Notes: a model not told the origin generated them from the sequence alone. A DNA stretch of 64,000 nucleotides from Camelus ferus (GCF_009834535.1 NC_045696.1:112718001-112782000), one strand, 5' to 3'; shown: positions 12,370-25,410, numbered from the stretch's first letter. Numbers and translations: made by a program.

Positions 12370-12800
12370 TAGCAGATCGTCTTCTAGACGAGATGCTTGG
12401 GCAGAGAAGCCCAAGGTTGCCCAGGTTGTCAGCGGCCAATGACGGATGGGAATCGAGGCCTTGGCCCCGCCCCACGCAGCCATGCCCCCGGGCCTTGTGG
12501 GAAATTCTCCCATCTCACGGATGGGGATGGAACACCCCGGTGTGTGGCTAGCCCTCTCCTTCCAGTGATCACTGCGGGATGGTGACTTTCGGGAACAAAA
12601 TCCTTCTATAGTTTTACATGTATTGAATGTTGAAAGGAACAGAAGACCCCGATTTAGCAATGGGAAACGAGGAGGCGAGAAGGGGCACAGACGGAAAGGG
12701 AAAAATACCGGGCATTTCTTCCTTTGTTTGATACAATGCTCGCGAGTCTGGGCTGTGAGGGGCGAACTCGCACAGGCGGCGCGGTGAGGCAGGAGGTCAC
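12370..12800. promoter_or_regulatory. Promoter/enhancer-like CpG-enriched island
   Basis: GGCCAATGA (CCAAT 12436-12440), GGCCCCGCCCC GC box 12463-12473, TGTGGGAA/GGGAAATTCTCC 12496-12510, elevated CpG. Confidence 0.5.
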
Positions 12801-14360
12801 ACAGGGGTCTTCCCTCTAGGAAATAACCTTCAGCAGCACTTTTCTAATATGGAGGATAATGAACAACACAGTTGATCCAATTTGCTCTTTTTCTCAGCAT
12901 AGAACTTCCCCCCTCCCGGTGCTGTCAGCCCTTTGGATTTATTGATACTATAGGGAGTTTGGAGAAATGTAGACCTTACTTTGGCTTTGGGGGCTCTTTG
13001 TTTCAAAAGAAATGTTTAGGTTGTCCTATCTGACAAAAATAAGAGGGAAAAAATTGAAACGCAGCTTGGCAGTCAGAATGGCTATTTCTTACACTGAGAG
13101 AAAGAAAAGGAAAGGTGAAGGGGGGAAATAAAATGGGCTTTAATCTATGTTTTTCAATTAATGACATAAAACACCAGCTATTTGGGTGGGAAGAGTATCA
13201 TATCATAAACAGCAACAAAAACCCACACCTGATAAAGAAGAATCTTTGTCAGTAGCTTGCTAACTTTGTCCTGCAGACATCATTAGAGCAGCTGGCCGGA
13301 GTAATACTAGAATCTATTTTATATATGCGTATCTCCCTACCACTGGTAGTGCAGAACAACTACTCAGGTCAGGACCCATTACTGAACACATCTAATATTG
13401 TTTTCTAAATTTTCAACACCTATTCAAATAGAAGCCTGAAAAGAAAAATTGCCTCTCACTCCAAAGCTTTAAAACACACAAAAAGGCACCATATTGCCAC
13501 TTTAGGGACACATTTGTTCCCTGCTGTTGCTATTTTATATGTCATTTCAGTCCTGCAGTTAGCTATAAAGCAAATCTTTGCTTTTTCCGGAGAGGAATAA
13601 GAGCTGCCTGAAGGGACACAGGAATGAGAGGCATCCTTAAAATGACTGATTTACAATTGCCGGGGAGATACAATATGAAAATTACAGCTTTCTCATTCTG
13701 AATGTGGGAGCCGAGGTTCTTACTAGAAAAGTACCCCCGCGGGACCCCCTACTGGCACAAGAGCCAGGCTATCAGGAGGGGGACATTTGGGTTTTTCAGA
13801 AGACCTGGGGAAAGGGTGAGATATGTGTGTGTGTTAAGCATGTCTGAATGTGTTTGTGTGGGCTGCGTTTGAATTCGGGTGGTGGTGCGTGTACTGGTGG
13901 TAAGGGGCTGGATTCAGCAATTGTTAGGTAGAGTTAAAAGGAAATTCGGAGAAGTTAGCACACGCTGCAGCTCATGGTGCCCCCGAGGTGGTCCAGTCTA
14001 AACAGAAGCCTGGAATTCAGATGCCTTGAGCTGCAATCCGTATCCTGACAGTGACATAGGGTTTACCCTTGGGCAATTCCCCTGACTGTGTTTTGACCCT
14101 AACTTATCATCTGTAAAAGGAAAATAACATTCACCAAAGAGGGATGTGGTGGAAATTTATTTGTATTACCAAAGGGCATGGGGGAACACAGGTGAAAGGT
14201 TGAAGATAAGTCAAAGATTCCAGGCCTGTCAACAATCCACATGCAGCGCGTGTGCAGTTCCCAGGGGCCTACCCTTCTCTTCATGACCTTCTCAAACACC
14301 CCTCTGGGGTCTGGCCAAGTGAAAAGATGCTCTGATCCCTCTCTTAGAGGGGAGACTTCA

Positions 14361-14867
14361 CATAACAGGCCTCCAGAATGGCCCCACTGACCCTCGCTTC
14401 CTGGTAATCTGTCCCGTGTTGCTCCCTCCCGCACCGAATCACAGCCACCCGATTTACTCAACAGAATATGGCAAAAGTGTGTGACTTCCAAGATGAGGTT
14501 ATAGAAGGCTTGGCAGTTTCCAGTTTGGGCTCCTGGACTGCTTACTCTGGGGGACTTCAGAGACTGTGCAGTCAGGACATTCAATAAGCCCCAGGAAAAT
14601 ACCCGAATAGAGAGGAACCACCCTGCCAGCACCAACGTGCCAGCAGCAAGAGTGAACCACCTGGGAAAACAGCTGCGTCAAACCTTCAAATGTCGCAACC
14701 ACGGTCACCATCTGACTGCAACCTCCTGATACCCCTGCTAGACCCGCCCAACCAAGTGACTCCCAAAGTCCTGATTCACAGAAATTGCACAACAATGAAT
14801 TGCTATTCTTGTTTGAATCCACTAAATTATGGAGGTATTTGCTACACATCAACAGGTAACTAACACA
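14361..14867 (+). mobile_element. MaLR LTR (MLT1F/G-like)
   Basis: gcctccagaatggcccc start, gtgtgtgacttccaagatgaggttata, ends gctacacatcaacaggtaactaacaca. Confidence 0.8.
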
Positions 14868-15009
14868 CCTACAGTAGACTGGGTCGGGTAATCCTTGTGC
14901 GATTCTATCGAAGAATCTACTTTCAACCTACTGTCATCTTTGCGAGACTGGTTAGACTAGATATTGTGAATGTTCTCAGAAGGCCATGAGTCTACCAATT
15001 ATTCTTTGA

Positions 15010-15400
15010 ATTATTTATTCATTCATTCTTTAATTCACCAAATACTTACAAAGCATCTGCTGTATCCCAGACTCTGCAACAGACAATGGGAGAACAGGAG
15101 TCAGTAAAATACATTCCCTTGAGAGATCTCATCTGGTGTATCAATAGAGACAAATACATCAACAATTATAACACAGTGTGGCTAGAAATTCTATTCTGAT
15201 CAGGAATTGCATAGAGGAAACTGTGGGGGCCCTTGCTTGAGGGAGAAGCTAATTCAATCTTGAAGAGTTAGGAAGCCTTGCTCCGAGTGGGGGACACGTA
15301 ACGACGTTCCCAAAAGCCAGGCAGAAGTTATCAAAGTGAAGTAGAGAGGAGGCAGGAGGCACTTCAGCAGGAATAAGAAATAGGTTGGGCGGAGACAGAG
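15010..15400 (-). mobile_element. L2 fragment (antisense)
   Basis: attcattc...aaatacttacaaagcatctgctgtatcccagactctg. Confidence 0.65.
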
Positions 15401-15834
15401 CCAGCTGCAGTGTGGGAGTCAGAAGGCCCCAGTGACCGCAGAGGAAGGAATTTTTTTCCCCTTGATTTACACGTTAGGTGAATGGCCCTTTTCTAACATA
15501 ATTACCTTTTCTCCTCTCAAGTCAAAGGAATGTGTAACTCGGCAAACTCTAGGACAGGCAATGAAACACAAAGGCTTCATGCCTGTATTCAGACACCCTT
15601 TGATTCTCTCCCCCAGTTCTTTCCCCTCCTCTGGGACCCACGTGCTCTTCCTCCGCTTTCACAGATAGCTGTTTTCCCAGGTGGTTCACTCTTGCTGCTG
15701 GCACGTCATTCACACCCAAGGGAAAGTGCTGAGTGCACTCTGGTCACGAATTAATTAAGTTCTTTCAAGGTAACTTGACACCTCCTCCATGAGGCCTTCT
15801 TTGAGTCTTCCAACTAGAATTGGGAGGCTCATTC

Positions 15835-16516
15835 TTTTTTTTCTTTTATTGAAGGGTGGTCATTTACGATGTGACAATTTCTGGTGCACAGCACAATGTT
15901 TCAGTCATACATACATATATGTATATTCCATTTCATATTCTTTTTCATTATAGGTTACTACAAGATATTGATTATGGTTACCTGTCCTATACAGTAGAAA
16001 CTTGTTGTTTATCTATTTTATATAGTAGTTAGTATTTACAGATCTCAAACTCTCAATTTATCCCTTTCCACCACCTTTCCCCTGGTAACCAAAGTTTGTT
16101 TACTATACCTGTGAGTCTGTTTCTGTTTTGCAAATAAATAAGTTCATTAGTGTCTTCTTTTTTCTTTTTTTAGATTCCACATGTGAGTGGTATCATACAG
16201 TATTTTTCTTTCTTTTTGCTTACTTCACTTAGAATGATGGTCTCCAGGTCCACCCCTGTTGCTGCAAATGGCATTATTTTATTCTTTTTTATGGCTGAGT
16301 AGTATTCCGTGGCATAAATATACCACAGCTTCTTTATCCAGTCATTTGTAGATGGATATTTAGGTTACTTCCATGTCTTGGCTTACTTAAATAGTGCTTC
16401 TGTGAACATTGGGGTGCATGTGTATTTTTAAATTAGAGTTCTCTCTAGATATATGCCCAGGAGTGGGATTGTTGAATCAGGTAGTAAGTCTATTTTTTAG
16501 TTTTTTTGAGGAACCT
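15835..16516 (-). mobile_element. 5'-truncated L1 (camelid type)
   Basis: poly-T then ttattgaagggtggtcatttac...gttgctgcaaatggcattattttattc...gaggaacct; same family as 9047-9805. Confidence 0.92.
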
Positions 16517-16719
16517 AGGAGATCTCTTTCTTGACAGTTAGCACAGAACCTACCAAACTGGACTGTCAATCATCAGTGCATCTGTTGTTTCCCTGTTTGG
16601 ACTAAAACACTGAAAACTTGGTGTCTCAGTCTGGAATGGCTCCTCTATGACTGCGGTGTCTGGAGTACTCGCAGGAGCCCGCAGATAGGACAGGAACCCC
16701 CTTTCTTTTCTCTCCTACT

Positions 16720-16955
16720 ACCCTGGCCGTCTCCTTCATATTCTTCTATTTCATTATTTGAAAATATTCATGTATGTACATTTATTGTATTTTTTGGTTC
16801 ACTTGCTCAAAATTTCTCACCCCCACCTGCCCTATACATAGCAATTGAAGTTCTATGATAATTAAGACCTTGCATTTTTGTTTCTACCATTTATAAAGCC
16901 TACCACAGTGCTTGGCAATTAGTTGACCCTCAATAAATATCTCTGGAATAAAAAA
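16720..16955 (+). mobile_element. L2 3' end
   Basis: ttgaagttctatga...cacagtgcttggcaattagttgaccctcaataaatatct. Confidence 0.65.
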
Positions 16956-18511
16956 ACAATTTAATTAGTGATTGCTATTGAATGAAAAAAATCAGTCTGG
17001 TCCTGCTTTCAGGTGCCTTTTGAATCTTTCTTCTGGCTTTCTTAGAAAATTAATCTTAAATATCAAAAACAAGGCTGCCGTTTCTCAGTGAAATACAGTG
17101 AGTTTCAATCTGGTTGAACAAATTTGTTTTTAGGAGGCTCATTATCTACTACCCCATTTTGGGGGAAAAATCATACACAGTCTCATAAATATGCAAAATC
17201 TAAGGCTGTCTTTTTCCATGGATTAGAAGATTAGATATAATTATATATTTTAATAACCAATTACTATGTAAGTGTTATATTAACACTTAACAAGATTGCA
17301 CTAAAGTGGCAAGTGAGATGATAGCAAAATGCCCCAGTCTGTGTACAAGCCACTGTGTTTTCACACCATGTCTAATGAACATAAATAATGCTTTTGACAC
17401 AAATCTAATGCTATTAGCCTTGGATTTCTTTCTGCAAGCTGAGGGTGTGAAAGCAAAGCCGCAGGTTGTTTCCTTAAGAAGGAATGTGTTTGTTTGTGAC
17501 TGGCAGCAAAACTAAGCAGACATCCCTTCTTCACACTGCTGATGGGCAGGCAGAGGTGAGAAAACAAACAGTGGGGACTCCTGGGGCGCCAGGGAGGGGC
17601 CTGAGACAGAGAGGCCATGCGCAGGTGTCCCATAGCCTGGGGAAAAAGGGTCCTTCACATACAGAGGGTGAGATGCTGGTCACGAGCCTCAAGGAACCCA
17701 ATTCCAGTGTGACCAGCACTTCTTAAGAAAGGAGGCAATGGAGAAATGGGAGAAGCTTCAACCTTGACCAGAAGGAAGCCCTCCCTCTGCCTTTCTGGGC
17801 AGCTACTCAAAGGCCACAGCTAAATGGGTGGTAGCGGGCTGAAAACTGAAAGGCAGATTCCAGGACACCCAAAGATTTCCTAAGGTCTTCCTCAAAGAAG
17901 AAATTTACACATGGGATCACTCTGATGTTCAGGTAGAACAGCTAATACGGATATATTTGCTAAATTTTTTGAATAAATCACATATTTCTGTTCTTAAAAA
18001 GACCCCTGTACTTAGAAAAGTGATGCTTTGATTCAAAATTATAAAGCTATAGGATACAGAAAGCCGCATCTGAATCAATGGCTAGAAACCTGAACTTATC
18101 ATTATAAGATGAGAGTGATAAGAACTCAGTTATAATCCTGTATGTTACAAAGAGATAAGAAAAAAAAAAGCTTGATATTAGATGGCAACCTGGTGACACA
18201 GGTGACTGCTTGATGAAGTGGAGATACTCCTGCCAAGTGGAGGGCAACTGTGGGCAGAACGCAGAAAAATCTCTGTCTCTCTGTCTGAGTTTTAAACCTT
18301 TCTTTCATTGCCTTATAAATACAACCTATGGGTTAATTTATGGCATGAAGAATGGCCAGGATTTCCCTGGAAACAGGCATTTTCCAACATTAGGATGGTA
18401 TAGAGGGGAAAAAATATGGCGTAGATTAGGTAACGCTACAGCATAACTTTCAAAGATGACACCGATTTCAAGTGTCAGGTGTCCATTATGATCCATTTTG
18501 GTTCTTCATTA

Positions 18512-18936
18512 TTTAGTTAATTATATGTGTCAGCTTGGGAGAGTATTGTCCCCCGTTACTTAGTCAAGTGTCGGTCAAGGTGTTGCTGGGAAGATTTTTT
18601 TTTTAAGTTGTAATGAACATTTAAATCAGTAGACTTTGAGTAAAGAAGATTACCTTTCACAAAGTGGGTGGGCCTCATCCAATCAGTTGAAAGGCTTAAA
18701 AGAAAAGACAGAGGTCCCCCCTTGAAAAAGAAGGAATTCCACCTCTAGACTGCTTTTGGAGTCAAGACTGCAAGAGCAACTCCTGCTGGGATTCCAGCTT
18801 GCCAAAATTTCAGACTTGCCAGCTGCTATCATGATGTGAAACAATTCTCTAAAATTTCTTTTTCTCGCTCCCTTACATGTAGAGAGAGAGAGAAGAGAGA
18901 AAGGTTCTGTTTCTCTGAATACCCCTGACTACTGCA
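18512..18936 (+). mobile_element. ERVL LTR (MLT2C/D-like)
   Basis: gttaattatatgtgtcagctt...taaatcagtagactttgagtaaag...gtgggtgggcctcatccaatcagttgaa...ggttctgtttctctg. Confidence 0.88.
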
Positions 18937-19518
18937 CTTACTGACTAGCTACTCATTTTAGCTAATTAATTTTCAGCCTTTCTAATGTTAGATTTTCTGA
19001 ACTATTAGATCAATGGAGTTTTTCACAAGAGGAGGCAGCAGAAGTACCATGGAAACATTGGTGCATCCTTTGCCAAACTTAGGTCTGAGATTCAATAACT
19101 TAAAATTGATTGAATTTCCTTTGAAGGTTGAAGTTGAACAGCTTTTATGATGGATTCAAATAAATATCAGCCAAAGTTCATTTAATTTGTTCTGCTCTTA
19201 ACCAATTTCTTAAACTAAGATGAATATCAAAGCCTGGAACTTAAGTGACCTAGGAAAGTGCATCATTTAGCATAGAAACACTTTTTTTTTTTTTTAATGT
19301 GATGCATTTACATTACATACCCTGATATACATTTTTGAAGCCAGGACCAAGCCAGGGAAAATATTTGAATAACTGGCTTTAAAAAAATTGGTTGATTCTG
19401 CCCATCAGAACAGAGGGGTCTATTTTACTTGTGGGGGCTGTAAGACTATTTTGACAGGTAAGAGATCAAGGTCTGGTTAGTTTTTCTTTTCAGCTCTAGG
19501 GTGAATTATACGATCTCC

Positions 19519-19672
19519 AGCAGTTTTCTCAAACTTATGTCTCATGAACAATCCATATAAGAAATATGAAGATGCTTTCTTAAAATGCAACATTATCATG
19601 ATGGGATCCAGGAATCTGCATTTTTGCAAGTGGTCCCAGGGACTCAATGTACACTGAAGTCTGAAGACAGCT
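19519..19672. mobile_element. MER5B-like hAT-Charlie
   Basis: cagttttctcaaact...ccaggaatctgcattttt. Confidence 0.55.
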
Positions 19673-19786
19673 AAGCTGAAAAGAATAACAAGTGGGTTTA
19701 ACATTTTTGTAGAAAAGAGATATTTCTTTAATCTACTATCTAGTAAACTAAACAAGATCTTTTAGATTGTAATAGTGTAGAAATCC

Positions 19787-20724
19787 TCTTTGGAGAAATG
19801 TCTTATCGTGCGTGGAGCTATCTCAGGTGAGAGGTAATGCAGACAGCCAACAGGCATACGAAACATAGCTAATCATTGGGGAAATGCAAATCAAAACCAC
19901 AGTGAGCTATCACCTCACACCTGTCACAATGGCAACTATCAAAAGAACAACAAATAACAAACACTGGTGGAGATGTGGAGAAAAGGAAACCCTAGTACAC
20001 AGTTGGTGGGAATGTAAATTGTTGCAGCCACTATGGAAAACAGTATGCAGGTTTCTCAAAACACTACAAATAGAACCACCAGATGACCCAGCCATTTCAC
20101 TCCTGAGTATTATACCTGAAGAAAACAAACACACTAAATTGAAAAGATGCATGCACACCAGTGTTCATATTCAGCATTATTTACAATTACCAAGATATGG
20201 AAACAATCTAAATGTCCATCAACAAATGGATAAATAAGATATATAAGATATCTTATAAATTATAAGATAAATAAATATATACACACACACACATAGAGAG
20301 AGAGACACACACACACACAATGGAAGACCACTCAGCCATAAAAAAGAATGAAATTTTGCCATTTGCAGCAACATGGATGGACTTGAAGGGCATTATGCTA
20401 AGGGAAATTAGTCAGAGAGAGAAAAACAAATACTGTTTGATATCACTTACAAGTGGAATCTGAAAAATACAATGAACTAGTGAACATAACAAAAAAGCAG
20501 CAGATTCACAGATACAGAGAACAAACTAGTGGTTACCAGGGGAAGGGAGGGAGGGGCAACATTGGGGTGAGGGAGTGGGAGGTAAAAACTACTGGGTGTA
20601 AGATAGGCTCAAGGATGTTTTGTACAACATGAGGGAATATAGCCAATATTTTGTAATAACTGTAAACAGAAATTAACCTTTAAAAATTGTTAAATAAATA
20701 AATAACTCACTCACTCACTCTAGA
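19787..20724 (+). mobile_element. 5'-truncated L1 with short 5' inversion
   Basis: ORF 19884-20237 is L1 ORF2 C-terminus-like (MQIKTT...[12 protein letters not shown]); exact 16-bp TSD aatagtgtagaaatcc at 19771-19786 and 20725-20740. Confidence 0.95.
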
Positions 20725-21243
20725 AATAGTGTAGAAATCCAAAGATCTTTAGGGCTCGTTGTGGAAATTCTAATGAAAATTTTCTGGAAATTCCTGTAAG
20801 TAGAATTTCTCTAACGCAAGAGCTGAATAATATTCTGTCACCAGCCCACAGAGCCTGATCTTTGGAGAAGACAAAGAACAGAAGCCCCATTAATGACAAG
20901 AGGATGTGTGCAGGAAGCTACAGCCCCCAACATTCTCAAACAGAACCAGATATAAAATTCACAGATAATATAACCCAAATAAACATGCCATTTCTTAAAA
21001 ATTAATGATGCCCTAATTCTAATAAAAATAAAGTAATTTCTAATAAACCAAGATGGACTTCCGTCCTTAAACAGTGGCCCTGTGAATGACACCATAGTTG
21101 TATACTTGTAAAAGTGAGTGTGTATTATATAAAACTAAAAAATTGCTGTTTATACATCAAACAGAGTTAAGTTTTAGGCTCAGATAATGACCAAGAGATT
21201 TTCCACCGAAACAAATGGCCACACTCAAAAGTTGTGTAGAATG

Positions 21244-21533
21244 ATGAATGCTGGAGAGAGTGTGGAGAAAAGGGAACCCTCCTACACTTTTGGTGGGAAT
21301 GTAAATTGGTGCAGCCACTGTGGAAGTTCCTTAAAAAACTAAAAATAGAACTACCACATGACCCAGCAATCCCATTCCCGGGCATATATCTGGAGAAAAC
21401 TATAATTAAAAAAGAAATATGCACCCCAATGTTCATAGCAGCACTATTTATAATAGCCAAGACACGGATAAATGTCCATCAACAGATGACTGGATAAAGA
21501 AGATGTGATATATATATAAAACAATATATACAC

Positions 21534-21580
<47 letters not shown>

Positions 21581-22056
21581 GAAATACTATTTAGCCATAC
21601 AAAATAATAAAATAATGTCATCTGCAGCAACATGGATGGAACTAGAGATTATTATATTGAGGGAAGTAAACCAGACAGAGAAAGACAAATATCATATTAT
21701 ATCATTTACATGGGGTCTTTAAATTTTAAAAATGATACAAATTCTATTTACAAACCAAAAACAGACTCACAGACGTAGAAAACAAACTATGGTTACCAAA
21801 GGGGGAAGGGTAGGGAGGGATAAATTAAGGGTTGGGGATTAACAGATACACACATTACTATATATAGAATACATTAACAAAAACAAGGACCTGTTATATA
21901 GCACAGGAAACTATATTCAATTTCTTGTACTAGCATACAATGGAAAAGAATCTGAAAGGAAAAAATATATACGTATGTATATGTGTAACTGAATCACTTT
22001 GCTGTATACCTGAAACTAATATTATAAATCAAATACATTTCAATAAAAGAAAGTTT
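21244..22056 (+). mobile_element. 5'-truncated L1 (camelid type) with internal (CA)n
   Basis: ORF2 C-terminus ([22 protein letters not shown]...CTPMFIAAL), 3' UTR; TSD aaaagttgtgtRgRatg at 21227-21243 and 22057-22073. Confidence 0.94.
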
Positions 22057-22822
22057 AAAAGTTGTGTGGGATGCAACACAGTTGTTCATTGTGGAGCCTC
22101 TCATGCAGTATAAGATGTCTAAAGAAAACTGACCCCTTCGCACTAAGTGCTCATCGTTACAAGAACATTAAGGATGTCCTGTATCCTTTGACAATGGCGA
22201 CATCCGTTCCTTAAAAAGTCCCTTCTTCAGGTCCCATGAGAGTGTTACACTCTCCAGCAGGCAAGGGACCTCAAAGTCCACTTTATCCCAATTAACACCT
22301 GAATCTCTACTGCAACATGTTCACCAAGTGGTTGGCTAACCCACTGTCTATTGGTTATTCATACACCACCATCATGATATATAAAAAATCCAACCACCCT
22401 CTTTTGTTACACCCCTGCAAGACACATGAAGGTGAATGTGGAAATTCTGTTTACACAAATCCAATCCACATTATCTGAGCTATCTATATGACAGATGGTT
22501 TGGGTGAAAATTTTAGTTATCAAAGTCTTGCAACAATTCTGGTCATACTTGAACACATTATGTATAGTTCTTGGAGATTGTAACCTGTGTATGAAATCCT
22601 GGATTTTATATACTAATTATTTATTTTCTATATATTTTAGTAAACACAAATGTATAAAAGGTTAAAAGATGAGCTGTGTACCACCTAACAATAGCTTGCA
22701 GTCCACACTTTGGGTAAGACTGGTCTATTCTATCCTCAGACATTCATGATGTAAACCACAGTTTTGTATCAAGTTACAAAACTTGTTAACGTGTTAACCC
22801 GAGAGCCTAAATAGGTACTCTT

Positions 22823-22950
22823 TTGGGGGGGGGGGAAGTGGATAACTAAGTTTATTTACTTATTTATTTTTAATGGAGGTATTGGGGATTGAACCCAGGA
22901 CCTTGTACATGCTAAGCATGCACTCTATCACTGAGTTAAACCCTCCTCCC
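22823..22950 (-). mobile_element. Camelid vic-1-type SINE
   Basis: G-run, (TTTA)n, ggggattgaacccaggacc...ctgagttaaaccctcctccc. Confidence 0.92.
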
Positions 22951-22957
22951 ATATGTA

Positions 22958-23071
22958 ATATTTTTTCATACATTTATTTAATTATTTTTTATTGGCGGTA
23001 TTGGGGATTGAACCCAGGACCCTCATGCATGCCGAGCACACGCTCTACCACTTGACCTATACCCTCCCCCC
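22958..23071 (-). mobile_element. Second camelid vic-1-type SINE, tandem with the first
   Basis: ggggattgaacccaggaccctcatgcatgccgagcacacgctctaccacttgacctataccctccccc. Confidence 0.92.
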
Positions 23072-23729
23072 ATATGTACTCTTAATACGGCTTACAATGC
23101 ACTGAGGTTGGGTTCGTATCCAGACCTCAGGCCAACATCTTAGTGTTGATGTGGGGCTTTCCTGCAGCTCCACAGCACTTGTCCCTGCTGCGTCTTACTC
23201 CTCAAATCTCCTGAGTCATAAATAGACAACATTTCCTCTCCACACTAATTTTGTAAAGTTCTAGCCTCCTTTGTAAGGTTCTCTCCTCCAGAAACCAGCT
23301 GTTCTTATGAAGAACAGGAAATCCCTTTGCCCTCTGGGTTCTGGGAACCTTCAACTCTTCATCCTGTCACGAGGGAAAAGATGGAGAAACTTGATCTAAT
23401 TGCCACACAGGGACTACACCCTAGCTTTTTGTTTACCCCCAAGGCTGCACAGTCAGACTGCTTGGATACGAGTGAAAGTTTAGCATTCCTTTAAGACCCA
23501 TGAACTTTCCACACATCCAAGGCATGAGCGTTAAGAGAAGCAAAATCTTCCAAGTATTTTCCAGGCTTGAGATTAGAGCAGTAAACTTCCCATTGATCAT
23601 CAGTTCTAACCGAGGCGATTGGCTAGAGAAGTGGTAGTGTAGCAGCCAACTTAAGACTAGATCTCTCCTTAAAATGCTTCCACTGTTAGTGAGAACAGAT
23701 CCCTGTGTGGTGTCATCCTGCTGGGGAGA

Positions 23730-24083
23730 TGTCTTAGTCCACTCGGGCTGCTATAACAGAATACAACAGGCTTATTAAAAACAGACACGTATCTCTCATA
23801 GTTCTAGAGGCTGGAAGTCCAGGATGCAGGCATCAGCAGATTCAGTGTCTGGTGAGAGCCCGTGTCCTCACTGATGGCCATCTTCTGCCTCTAACCTCAG
23901 GTAGTGGGAGGGCACAGGGAGCTCTCTGGGGACTCCTACACAAGGACATTGATCCCACTGATGAGAGCGCTGTCTTCATGGCCTCATCAGCTCCCAAAGG
24001 TCCCACTTCCTAATACCATCACCTTCAAGACTAGGTTACAACATATGAAATCTGGGGGGACACAAGCTTTCAGTCTATAGCGA
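23730..24083 (-). mobile_element. MaLR LTR (MLT1A/MST-like)
   Basis: tgtcttagtccactcgggctgctataaca...gttctagaggctggaagtcc...catatgaaatctggggggacaca. Confidence 0.88.
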
Positions 24084-25199
24084 AGGGGCATGATTCTATA
24101 CCCAGGAGAGTCCCTTCCCAGATTTTTCAAGAAATCCTCATCACCTACATCACCAGGTGCCTATGGTATACACATTATAGAATTGCCAGTTGCTAGTCTA
24201 GGATAATCCAAAGCAGTCAGAGGTTGGAGAAAATGTTTGTAGCCAAATTATTTGTTGAGGATTGGCTGCCCCTGCAGACATCTATGCAGAGTGGAAAAGT
24301 TCCAAAATACCAGAGAAAGAAGAATCTGGAGCTCTGGATGGGTACTCTAGGGAGGTCAAGGTGGAGGGCAGCAAGGTAGAAGAGGAGGTAGGGGTCATAT
24401 GCATTCTCTGCAGTGTGACCACTCACAATCAGCCCTCCCCAAAATGATGTGCCTGTTTTTCTGAAACTCAAGGAATGCCTGTTGTAAAGAGATCTCTTAA
24501 GGAAATCATGAGGGCATCTGAGCTATGCACCTGCAGTGATAACGCGGTGAGACAGACAATACTTACAGGTTCAGGGATCAGAGGTAAAAGTTGGCTTGGG
24601 GGTTGCAAGTGAGCGCTTGCCTAAAAAGAGCTTAAAATCTAGTGAAAGGGAAAGGCAGATATTCATAAGCCTAAAGATATAATACAATGCGTAAGTGCAG
24701 AAGGACTGATAGTGGAATTACAAGCGTTCTGTTCGTGTTCAGAGGAGGGAGAGGCCCTGTGAGCTGAATGGTGGGGGGAAGCATGGTGATGAGGTACCTG
24801 AACTGGCTTCAGGACTAATTTCTAACTTTGGAAATCAAAGGCTCCACAAAATTGCATTGGCACAATGGAGCAGGAGCTTAAAGTGTTTATTAGAATAAAT
24901 TCTATGCCTTGACTTATTTCAGTTAAATCATTTTTGTGAACGTGATTTGATTTTAAATTGGAGTATCTATATGCTCATGACAAACACTGAGACAAGAATC
25001 CATGAGGAAGTTTCAAAAAGGAAATTCTCTAACAAGAGAGCAGGAAAATTCCCATTCCTTGAGATTTTAAATCCATCAAGAAAAATTTGAAGAAATGCCC
25101 AATCAAGTTTAAAAAAACATGCAATCTATTTGAAATGCTTACACTTTACAAATCACTGCTTTTGCTCCAACATACAAATAGACAAATAGTAATAGCTTA

Positions 25200-25410
25200 T
25201 TGTTTCTAGTGCTTAAAAGGTATATTTTCATTGTACCCTCAACAATTCCATAAGGTACTTGTTATCTTCCTCCCTACTGTGCAGATGAGGGATGCTGAGT
25301 CACAGAAAGATTGCCTGGTGCCTGGAATCACACAGTACTAAGAGGCGGAGTTAGAACTGGAAAGCAGGTGGTCTGACTCTAAAACTCACACTTTCAACTG
25401 CTACTCTGTA
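25200..25410 (-). mobile_element. MIR SINE
   Basis: gcagatgagggatgctgagtcacagaaag...cacacagtactaagaggcggag. Confidence 0.75.

Noticed and set aside
14099..14852. 178-aa and 117-aa minus-strand ORFs
   Set aside because: They are largely antisense readings of an MLT1 LTR.
19409..19457. 49-nt + strand exon candidate (NRGVYFTCGGCKTILT)
   Set aside because: The acceptor is weak, no partner exon is identifiable, and such hits are expected by chance in 64 kb.
23199..23363. 165-nt minus-strand coding exon candidate (acceptor and GTAAGA donor present)
   Set aside because: All three frames contain a stop; the longest ends in TGA just before the donor.
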